Source of the DNA: Flavobacteriaceae bacterium
Lineage (GTDB): Bacteria > Bacteroidota > Bacteroidia > Flavobacteriales > Flavobacteriaceae
Assembly: GCA_002698745.1 (NCBI GenBank)
Contig: PAAD01000042.1
Location: 162-64,161 of the forward strand
DNA length: 64,000 nt
Reading direction: 5' to 3'
In this document: in pieces, positions 39,351 through 47,047 of the stretch
How positions within the stretch are numbered: position 1 is the stretch's first letter
How the letters are laid out: each line of letters starts with the position of its first letter
Notes under the pieces: model-generated
The model's database searches: none
The model's input: only the letters and a program-made list of their open reading frames with translations
Told to the model about the DNA's origin: nothing
Translations under genes and position numbers: made by a program

Positions 39351-40061
39351 ATGAATAGATTTTTTACTATACTTTTTTTAATCCCTTGTGCAATTTTTGC
39401 TCAGGAAAACATTTCAGTACTTACTGTTGGCTCTAGTGGCTCTATTACAGTTAAATCTGAAGCTAATATTAACCTTGCTGGACTAGAACTGTCTCCAAGC
39501 TCTGATCTTGTTATTTCAGAAACAGACTTAACTAGATCATCAGCTCCTATTGTTTCAGAATATGATGACAGTTCTGTGAGTCGTGTTTATTCCTCAACTA
39601 GTTTAATTTCAAACTTTGTTGGATCTATAACTTTCAATTATAATGATGATGAACTTAACAACCTTATTGAAAGTGTTTTAGTTTTGGAAGTCAAAAATAA
39701 TGATGATTCTTGGACTCCATACTATGGTGTAGCTGATCCCAGTAATAACACTGTTACTGTCAATTTTAACAGTCCACTATCGTTTAATTCAATTACTGCA
39801 AGTCAAGCAGGTAAAACATTAACAATTGAAAACGTCAACTTAGTGGATGGAATTTTAATTTATCCTAACCCTACTGCAAATCAAATTTTCATTCAATATG
39901 ATAATGACTTTAGTGCCCAGCTATTTGATGTGGTTGGTAAAAGGGTTTTATCTACTAATAAAAAAACCATTGATATGAATTCTTTCAGATCGGGTACATA
40001 CATATTAAAACTAACGGATGAACAAAATGAGATTCATTCATTTAAAATTATTAAAAATTAA
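39351..40061 (+). CDS. Small secreted protein of unknown function with T9SS C-terminal sorting domain
   Basis: Signal peptide 'FLIPCAIFAQ' and CTD 'ILIYPNPTANQIFIQ...SGTYILKL...FKIIKN'. It ends 14 nt upstream of the first fibre gene. Confidence 0.75.
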   Translation: MNRFFTILFLIPCAIFAQENISVLTVGSSGSITVKSEANINLAGLELSPSSDLVISETDLTRSSAPIVSEYDDSSVSRVYSSTSLISNFVGSITFNYNDDELNNLIESVLVLEVKNNDDSWTPYYGVADPSNNTVTVNFNSPLSFNSITASQAGKTLTIENVNLVDGILIYPNPTANQIFIQYDNDFSAQLFDVVGKRVLSTNKKTIDMNSFRSGTYILKLTDEQNEIHSFKIIKN

Positions 40062-40075
40062 AAACAACAACAATT

Positions 40076-41512
40076 ATGAAAAATTTTACTTTTATTTTAT
40101 TATCCATATTTGCACTATCATTTTCAAATGTATACGGACAGCCTGCTGACCAAGACAAAAAACCAGCTTTTGTTTTCACAGAAAATGGTAATGGAGATCC
40201 ATTTAATGGACAGATTTACCGATCTACTCTCAGTGGTGCTGCTAGAAATGGCAATGGCAATGACAATGCTCAATTTGGCAACCTTGGGGAATGGTCAGTT
40301 GACATGGTTGTTTCAGAAAAAACAGGTGAACAAGCCGCTAATGATTTTGGACAATTTAAAGATAATACTCACCCCTTATATCAGGGTCAAGACGTCTTGA
40401 CTCAGAATCATGGTGGGCATGGTGCTCTTGGATGGGGGTCTTTTGCAGCTAATGTTTACAATAGAGCAACTGGAACTGGTTCTGTAGCTATGGGCTATAA
40501 TAACATAGCAGGGAATCCTGAAGGCAATGGTAATTTCGGAAAGGACGAGAATAATGGTGGTCAAGCTGTATTTGGAAGAGCATCACGTGCACTTGGCCCT
40601 GTTTCTTTTGCATCTGGCTACAGAAATACTGCAGCTGCACAAACTAGTGTAGCTATGGGTAATTATAATTACGCTACAGGAGATTCTTCAGTTGCAATTG
40701 GAAAAAATAGCTATGCTCAGGGCGCAAGCTCAGTTGCAATTGGATTTCAAAGCCATGCTGCTGGAGGTGGATCAACTGCACTTGGACAAGAAAATATTTC
40801 TTGGGGAACTACAAACTTCACAGCTGGATATCAAAACACTGCTGGAGATACAACTGCAGCAGTTGGTAGTGGAGGAAGCGCCGTAGCAATGGGTAAATAT
40901 AACACTGCTTCAGCTGATGCTTCTATGGCACTGAATAGAGCTACTTCAGCTACTCAACAAGCTGCAACTTCTATGGGTCTTGGAACAACAGCTGACAACG
41001 TAGGTATGTTGGCAATTGGTGTTAATAACGCCGCAGGTTTAGGAGACACTTCTGCAAATTATTACAAGGTAGATGGTAATTTTACAGGCGCTCCAATTGG
41101 GGTAGCATTTGTGATTGGAAATGGTGATATTGATTCTTCAAATGGTAGAGCTGGAGCCAATCCATCTAATGCTTTTATGGTAAAATATGATGGTTCTGCA
41201 ACTTTAGCAGGTGACTTGACAGTAAACTCAGATGCTAGATTAAAATCAAACATTATTTCTCTTGGAAGTACACTTGCAAAACTTATGCAAATTGATGGTA
41301 AGAGTTATACTATGAAATCCAATGAAAAAGAAAATAAAATTGGACTACTCGCTCAAGAAATCATTGAAGTATTTCCAGAACTTGTAAAAGAAGGTGATGA
41401 TAAAAATGGAACAATGTCAGTCAACTATCAAGGACTAATTCCAGTACTTATTAATGCAATTAAAGAACAACAAACTCAAATTGATGAGTTAAAATCTTTG
41501 TTAAATAATTAG
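40076..41512 (+). CDS. Secreted fibre protein: YadA-head/Hep_Hag-like repeats + C-terminal peptidase-S74 intramolecular-chaperone (tail-fibre) domain
   Basis: Sec signal peptide 'FALSFSNVYGQ'. The repeats read 'SVAMGNYNYATGDSSVAIGKNSYAQGASSVAIGFQSHAAGGGSTALGQEN'. The C-terminus is 'SDARLKSNI...IGLLAQEIIEVFPELV...VNYQGLIPVLINAIKEQQ'. Confidence 0.85.
   Translation: MKNFTFILLSIFALSFSNVYGQPADQDKKPAFVFTENGNGDPFNGQIYRSTLSGAARNGNGNDNAQFGNLGEWSVDMVVSEKTGEQAANDFGQFKDNTHPLYQGQDVLTQNHGGHGALGWGSFAANVYNRATGTGSVAMGYNNIAGNPEGNGNFGKDENNGGQAVFGRASRALGPVSFASGYRNTAAAQTSVAMGNYNYATGDSSVAIGKNSYAQGASSVAIGFQSHAAGGGSTALGQENISWGTTNFTAGYQNTAGDTTAAVGSGGSAVAMGKYNTASADASMALNRATSATQQAATSMGLGTTADNVGMLAIGVNNAAGLGDTSANYYKVDGNFTGAPIGVAFVIGNGDIDSSNGRAGANPSNAFMVKYDGSATLAGDLTVNSDARLKSNIISLGSTLAKLMQIDGKSYTMKSNEKENKIGLLAQEIIEVFPELVKEGDDKNGTMSVNYQGLIPVLINAIKEQQTQIDELKSLLNN
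40144..41512 (+). repeat. Copy 1 of a ~1.4-kb duplicated fibre module (partner 43477-44886)
   Basis: The modules are collinear at protein level over the whole mature protein. Nucleotide identity is highest in the core. In a by-eye ungapped comparison, 40531-40850 versus 43881-44200 gives 29 mismatches in 320 nt, including a 48-nt identical run. Confidence 0.9.
41228..41509 (+). other. Peptidase S74 / intramolecular chaperone autoprocessing domain (copy 1)
   Basis: Begins with the conserved 'S-D-x-R-x-K-x-N-I' motif and ends in a coiled-coil-like 'AIKEQQTQIDELK'. Confidence 0.8.
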
Positions 41513-41541
41513 ATTAAGTTTTTTTTTAAATAAATCAAATT

Positions 41542-41573
41542 AATACCCCACTCTAATAAAGTGGGGTATTTTT
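41542..41573 (+). terminator. Rho-independent terminator/attenuator hairpin between the two fibre genes
   Basis: 10-bp perfect stem AATACCCCAC/GTGGGGTATT (41542-41551 / 41561-41570) with a 9-nt loop and a following T-run. It ends 2 nt before the ATG at 41575. Confidence 0.75.
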
Positions 41574-41574
41574 A

Positions 41575-44500
41575 ATGAATATGAAAAAAATTATCTACGT
41601 ATTTATTTTCTTTAGTTGTCATTACTTAGCATCACAAATATATTTTGATAAAATACCTCACGATAAGCAGTTAGTTCCTAGAGATCTAACAACAAATCTT
41701 GGAACGATAAGTATTGAAGGTGAGGCTAGAACAATTGGAAATGACGATTTAGTATATCAAAATTGGGGTAATAATGAACCTAACAATACACCTGCTCCTG
41801 AAAATGTAGCAGAAATTATTAACTCTTCTGGAAATTGGAACGACGCTGATAGTGGAAAATTACAATCCTCATATGTTGAATATGATGGCCTGATCACATC
41901 TCTTGGTGATTTCATTTATTTAGGTCAATACAATGGGCACTCATACTTTAAAAACCCTTTGAATTTAAGTTGGGATCAAGCCAAATTGGCAGCTGAAAAT
42001 GTTGGTGCTTATTTATCCTCACATCAAACTGCGAATGAAAATTCAGTGGTTGCATCATTTGATTATTTTAGAGGATGGATTGGTTTATATCAAGATTTAG
42101 ATGATTCAAATTACACTGAGCCAAATGGAGGTTGGAAATGGGTAGTAGCTAGCAATGAGACTTATGAAAGTTTCGATTCTATGACGGTTAAGCTATACAA
42201 GAATAATAATCTAATTAACTCTTTTGATAACTTATTAAATTACCAAAATGGTGTAGCTCCATTTAACTTTCAAATGAATATAAATTCAGAGCTCTCAAAA
42301 TATTCAGTTAAAATATTTACAAATAAAAACGGATCTCAACAACAAATTGGGGATGTAAACGATATTGTGGCCGGGGATATTTTTGTAATTCAAGGTCAGT
42401 CAAATGCAACTGCACTTGCATATAGTGGATCATCAAATTCGTATTTAAGCGACTATATAAGAGTTTTTTCAGGTGGTCATAGGACTTCATCCGGATTGTT
42501 ATCAGATGTTCAGTGGCACTATGGTCAAGGAGATGGGAATGAGGACTCAAAAGGAAACACCGGACAATGGGGTCTTGTTTTAGCAAAAAAAATGGTAGAT
42601 CAATTAGAAATTCCTATTGCGATTATTAATGGTGCTGATGGCGGCAAGCCTTTATCTTTTTTTCAGGCTCCCTCTGATTATAAATCTTCAACAAACTCAA
42701 ATTACGGTAGGCTTTATTATAGATTAAATGAAATGGGATTAAAAGATGCTGTTCGTGCTGTTTTATGGTCTCAAGGGGAGGCCGATTCATTTCAAAATGG
42801 CCTTAACACAAATGCATATAAAATATCTTTTAATAGTTTAAAAAACTCCTGGTTGACAGATTACAAAAACATTGAAAAAATTTATATTTTTCAAACGAGG
42901 GATTGTGATTGTGGAACAGTTCTAAGTGGAAGACTAAAAATTAAAGAAGCCCAAAGGCAGTTAGCAGATGAGTATGAAAATATTTACATCATGGGTACTT
43001 CTGGTATTACAGTGCACTCTGATAATTGTCATTTTCCATTTTCTTCAGGATACGAGAGCTTTGGACAAAGAATTTTCAAGCCTGTAATGTCACATATTTA
43101 CGGAAATAATTATGAAGAGGAGATTGACCCCCCACACATAGTTTCGGCAAGTTTAACAGATACTCAAACATTAAAAATCGAGACTAATCAAAATTTGTTT
43201 TCAAATACTAATAATACTAATAATTTACTCAGTAAAATTCAGAGCGATTTTGTTTTAACTGACGCAAATGGAGTTACAATTACTTCTTTTAATATTGAAA
43301 ATAAATCATTGGTTTTAGGTCTTAGCGCAAATCCAGGTGCGAATCCAAAAATTTCATTTAATGGAAAATATTCTGGAGTAGAAAATAACATAACAAACTC
43401 TGTTGGCCTTGAAATGGTTTGTTTCAGTTACTTTTCAATTACAGGCGGTAGTGGAGATACTGGTGGTAATGTTTCTGCTGACCAAGACAAAAAACCAGCA
43501 ATAGTATTTGTAGAAAACGGAAATGCAGATCCATTTAACGGGATGATTTACCGATCATCTGTTGGAGGTGCTGCTAGAAATGGTAATGGTAACGATAGTA
43601 CTGGAGAGAATAATTACCGCTTTGGTAATCTTGGAGAGTGGTCTGTTGATTTGACCGTTTCTGAAAAATCTGCTACGCAAGCCTCTGTTGATTTTGGAAA
43701 TTTTAGAGACAATACTCACCCCTTATATCAAGGCCAAGATGTTTTAACTCAAGAGCATGGTGGTATGGGCGCATTGGGATGGGGTTCTTTTAGTGCCAAT
43801 GCATATAATAGATCTTCAGGTACTGGATCCGTTGCTATGGGCTTTCATAATATAGCAGGTACAAATGTAGCTGATAAAGGTAATTTTGGAAGGGACGAGA
43901 ATAATGGTGGTCAAGCTGTATTTGGAAGAGCATCACGTGCAACTGGTCCTGTTTCTTTTGCATCTGGCTATAGAAATACAGCATCTGGAACAGCTAGTGT
44001 AGCTATGGGTAATTACAATTACGCTACGGGAGATTCTTCAATTGCAATTGGAAAAAATAACTATGCTGAGGGCGCAAGCGCTGTTGCAATTGGATTTCAA
44101 AGCCATGCTGCTGGAGGTGGATCAGTAGCTCTTGGACAAGAAAATATTTCTTGGGGAACTACAAACTTTACAGCTGGTTATCAAAATACAGCAGGTGATA
44201 TAAACTCAAACAAAGGAACTGGCGGTAGTGCTACAGCTATCGGTTCAAACACAACTGCTTCTGGAAGAAGCTCATTTACTGCGAATAAAAACACTAGTGC
44301 TTTGAACCAAGCTTCTACAGCACTTGGATTATCAACTGTTTCTGATAACTTTGGAATGTTAGCAATAGGTGTTAATAATTTATCAGGCTTAGGGGATACT
44401 ACAATTGATCCAGAAAACTATGATGGCTACTTTAATATTGATGGCAATTATACAGGTGCCACAGCTGGTATAGCTTTTGTTATTGGAAATGGTGATTTAA

Positions 44501-44886
44501 ATTCATCTAATGGTTTAGCCGGATCAAATTCATCCAATGCATTTATGGTTAAATATGATGGATCTGTAACATTAGCTGGTGATCTTGCTTTAATCTCAGA
44601 TACTAGATTAAAATCAAATATAATTTCGTTAGGAAGCACGTTAGCTAAGCTTCTGCAGATAGACGGTAAGAGCTATACAATGAAGTCTAATGAGAGAGAA
44701 AATAAAATTGGTCTACTAGCTCAGGACGTAGCTAAGGTGCTTCCAGAGCTTGTTAAAAAGTCTGATGATACTGATGGAACATTATCTGTGAACTACCTAG
44801 GTTTAATTCCAGTACTAATCAATGCAATTAAAGAACAACAGAAAGAAATAAAACTACTTAAAAACCGAATTAATGGAAAGATTTAA
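41575..44886 (+). CDS. Secreted multidomain fibre protein: C-type-lectin-like module + SASA (sialate O-acetylesterase-like, SGNH-type) esterase + YadA-head-like repeats + S74 chaperone domain
   Basis: Sec signal peptide. Lectin-like motifs 'NWGNNEPNN...NWNDAD' and 'SWDQAKLAAENVGAYLSS...WIGLYQD...GGWKWV'. Esterase blocks 'FVIQGQSNA', 'LWSQGEAD' and 'SDNCHF'. A 'GGSGDTGGN' linker follows, then a full copy of mature 40076-41512. Confidence 0.85.
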   Translation: MNMKKIIYVFIFFSCHYLASQIYFDKIPHDKQLVPRDLTTNLGTISIEGEARTIGNDDLVYQNWGNNEPNNTPAPENVAEIINSSGNWNDADSGKLQSSYVEYDGLITSLGDFIYLGQYNGHSYFKNPLNLSWDQAKLAAENVGAYLSSHQTANENSVVASFDYFRGWIGLYQDLDDSNYTEPNGGWKWVVASNETYESFDSMTVKLYKNNNLINSFDNLLNYQNGVAPFNFQMNINSELSKYSVKIFTNKNGSQQQIGDVNDIVAGDIFVIQGQSNATALAYSGSSNSYLSDYIRVFSGGHRTSSGLLSDVQWHYGQGDGNEDSKGNTGQWGLVLAKKMVDQLEIPIAIINGADGGKPLSFFQAPSDYKSSTNSNYGRLYYRLNEMGLKDAVRAVLWSQGEADSFQNGLNTNAYKISFNSLKNSWLTDYKNIEKIYIFQTRDCDCGTVLSGRLKIKEAQRQLADEYENIYIMGTSGITVHSDNCHFPFSSGYESFGQRIFKPVMSHIYGNNYEEEIDPPHIVSASLTDTQTLKIETNQNLFSNTNNTNNLLSKIQSDFVLTDANGVTITSFNIENKSLVLGLSANPGANPKISFNGKYSGVENNITNSVGLEMVCFSYFSITGGSGDTGGNVSADQDKKPAIVFVENGNADPFNGMIYRSSVGGAARNGNGNDSTGENNYRFGNLGEWSVDLTVSEKSATQASVDFGNFRDNTHPLYQGQDVLTQEHGGMGALGWGSFSANAYNRSSGTGSVAMGFHNIAGTNVADKGNFGRDENNGGQAVFGRASRATGPVSFASGYRNTASGTASVAMGNYNYATGDSSIAIGKNNYAEGASAVAIGFQSHAAGGGSVALGQENISWGTTNFTAGYQNTAGDINSNKGTGGSATAIGSNTTASGRSSFTANKNTSALNQASTALGLSTVSDNFGMLAIGVNNLSGLGDTTIDPENYDGYFNIDGNYTGATAGIAFVIGNGDLNSSNGLAGSNSSNAFMVKYDGSVTLAGDLALISDTRLKSNIISLGSTLAKLLQIDGKSYTMKSNERENKIGLLAQDVAKVLPELVKKSDDTDGTLSVNYLGLIPVLINAIKEQQKEIKLLKNRINGKI
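41743..42160 (+). other. C-type-lectin-like region with EPN and WND motifs placed N-terminal to the WIGL core (apparent permutation; Cys-free)
   Basis: The motif order in the sequence is W-x3-EPNN ... WND ... then S-W-x2-A ... WIGL ... GGWKW. This is the reverse of the canonical CTLD order. Confidence 0.5.
42340..43105 (+). other. SASA/DUF303-type carbohydrate O-acetylesterase domain
   Basis: 'GQSNA' (Ser codon inside 42394-42405), 'WSQGEAD' and 'DNCHF' (His codon 43030-43032) match the three conserved blocks of the sialate-O-acetylesterase family. Confidence 0.7.
43477..44886 (+). repeat. Copy 2 of the duplicated fibre module (partner 40144-41512)
   Basis: It starts at 'ADQDKKPAIVFVENGNADPFNG', which matches 'ADQDKKPAFVFTENGNGDPFNG' of copy 1. 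The S74 domain spans 44595-44883. Confidence 0.9.
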
Positions 44887-47047
44887 AATTTTAGCTTTTT
44901 TATTTTTTTCATTTGGCTATTTAAATAGTCAGTATAATATTAATTCAAATAAATTATCTTTTGAGGAACGTGCTGAAAAAATAATTTCAAAAATGACATT
45001 AGAGGAAAAAGCCTCTCAAATGTTAAACTCCTCAATTGCTTTATATGATTATGGTCTTGATGAATATAATTGGTGGAATGAATCTTTACATGGAGTGGCT
45101 AGAGCAGGAAAGGCAACCGTTTTTCCTCAAGCTATAGCCCTAGCTGCAACATTTGATACTGATCTTATTGAAAATATAGCAACTGCAATTTCAGATGAGG
45201 CCAGAGCAATGTATAATATTTCCCAAAAAAGGGGAATGAAAGGTCAATATTCTGGCTTAACATTTTGGTCGCCAAACGTTAATATATTTAGAGATCCAAG
45301 ATGGGGTAGAGGACAGGAAACTTATGGTGAAGATCCCTTTTTAAGCGGATTAATAGGAAGTGCTTTTGTTAGGGGCTTACAAGGCGGTGATCCAAATTAT
45401 TTAAAAGTCGCTGCATGTGCAAAACATTTTGCTGTTCATTCAGGTCCAGAAGCCGACAGACATCATTTTAATGCTGTTGTTAGTAAGCAAGATTTATATG
45501 AAACTTATTTGCCAGCATTTAAAACACTTGTTGATTCAAATGTTGAAATTGTAATGTGTGCATATAACAGACTTAATGATGAGCCCTGTTGTGGAAGTAA
45601 TGATTTGCTTTCAGGTATTCTAAGAAAAGATTGGGGCTTTAAGGGTCATGTAGTTTCTGATTGTGGTGCGATTAATGATATCAAATCAAATCATAAATTC
45701 ACTTTGACTGATGAGGAGAGCGTAGCTTACGCAATTAAGGGTGGAGTTGATTTAAACTGTGGTAACCTATACAGGAAAATACCAAGTGCAGTAAAAAAGG
45801 GTTTATTAAACGAAAAAGATGTTGATAAGTCATTGAAACGCCTTCTAGTCACTCGCTATAAACTAGGCATGTTTGAAAAAAAAGGTTCTGGCCCATACGA
45901 TCATCTGGGTTCTGAACATATTAATTCCCAAGAAAATAAAGAATTAGCTTATATGGCTGCATCTAAATCTATTGTACTTTTAAAGAATGCTAATAGCGTT
46001 TTGCCGCTCAGTAAAAAACTAAATACAATTTTCGTAACAGGCCCAAATGCAGCAAATATAGACATGGCCATTGGAAATTATAATGGACTGAGCCCTGAAA
46101 TTATTACTCCATTAGAAGGTATTGTTTCAAAAGTTGATTATGGGGTTGCTGTAAAATATAGGTTAGGTGTTGAACTAAATAATCCAAAACCAAACCCATC
46201 ATTTTCTATGATGCATCTTGCTTCATCAAGTGATGCCACAATTGCATTTATGGGTATATCTGCACTTATTGAAGGTGAGGAAGGAGATGCAATTTTATCT
46301 TCAGCAAATGGGGATCGAGATGAAATTTCATTGCCAAAAAATCAAATAAAATATATAAAAGAGCTAAGAAAAAAGACGACTAATAAACCACTAATTCTTG
46401 TGGTTTCATCAGGCTCTGCAATTGATTTAAGTGATGTTGAAGAATTAGTAGATGCAATTATTTATTGCTGGTACCCGGGAGAACAGGGGGGCAGAGCTAT
46501 TGCAGATATTCTTTTTGGTGACATCAATCCAACCGGAAAATTACCAATAACATTACCAAAATCTATCAATCAATTACCTGATTACTATGATTATAGCATG
46601 AACAAAAGGACGTATAAATTTATGGATGATAAGCCTTTGTATCCTTTTGGATATGGTCTTAGTTATTCCAAGATTAAATATTCTGAAATTTCCATGTCAA
46701 GCCCAATTTTTACAGATGATAAAGAAAACATTGCTCAAATAACTCTTACTAATATGAGTGACTATAAAACTGAGGAAGTTGTGCAATTATATGTTAGAGA
46801 TCTGGATGCAGTTTTTAGGGTTCCTAATTCAACCTTGAAAGGCGTAAAAAGAATTAAACTCAATGCTGGAGAAACAAAAACAGTAAAGTTTAAAATTGAT
46901 AAAAAAATATTACAATTTGTTAATAACGATGGTAACTCGGTTTTTGATGCTGGTTTATTTGAAATTAGTATAGGAAACTCATCTCCAGGGCCTAGAAGTT
47001 TAGAATTAGGAGCTAATATAAGTCGATTAAGTTTTACTGTGAATTAA
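44873..47047 (+). CDS. GH3 beta-glucosidase/beta-xylosidase-type exo-glycosidase with Fn3-like C-terminal domain
   Basis: Signal peptide. 'FRDPRWGRGQETYGEDP', 'KHFAVHSGPE' and the nucleophile block 'GHVVSDCGA' are present. The ATG lies 14 nt inside the preceding fibre gene. Confidence 0.9.
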   Translation: MERFKILAFLFFSFGYLNSQYNINSNKLSFEERAEKIISKMTLEEKASQMLNSSIALYDYGLDEYNWWNESLHGVARAGKATVFPQAIALAATFDTDLIENIATAISDEARAMYNISQKRGMKGQYSGLTFWSPNVNIFRDPRWGRGQETYGEDPFLSGLIGSAFVRGLQGGDPNYLKVAACAKHFAVHSGPEADRHHFNAVVSKQDLYETYLPAFKTLVDSNVEIVMCAYNRLNDEPCCGSNDLLSGILRKDWGFKGHVVSDCGAINDIKSNHKFTLTDEESVAYAIKGGVDLNCGNLYRKIPSAVKKGLLNEKDVDKSLKRLLVTRYKLGMFEKKGSGPYDHLGSEHINSQENKELAYMAASKSIVLLKNANSVLPLSKKLNTIFVTGPNAANIDMAIGNYNGLSPEIITPLEGIVSKVDYGVAVKYRLGVELNNPKPNPSFSMMHLASSSDATIAFMGISALIEGEEGDAILSSANGDRDEISLPKNQIKYIKELRKKTTNKPLILVVSSGSAIDLSDVEELVDAIIYCWYPGEQGGRAIADILFGDINPTGKLPITLPKSINQLPDYYDYSMNKRTYKFMDDKPLYPFGYGLSYSKIKYSEISMSSPIFTDDKENIAQITLTNMSDYKTEEVVQLYVRDLDAVFRVPNSTLKGVKRIKLNAGETKTVKFKIDKKILQFVNNDGNSVFDAGLFEISIGNSSPGPRSLELGANISRLSFTVN

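Noticed and set aside
40076-44886. A prophage or tailocin remnant, suggested by the 'tail-fibre' (S74 chaperone) domains.
   Set aside because: Nothing phage-like lies nearby (no capsid, portal, baseplate, sheath, terminase, integrase or att-like repeats). Both proteins have cellular Sec signal peptides. The genes are flanked by and overlap CAZyme genes, and composition matches the surroundings. I treat them as cellular fibre proteins instead.
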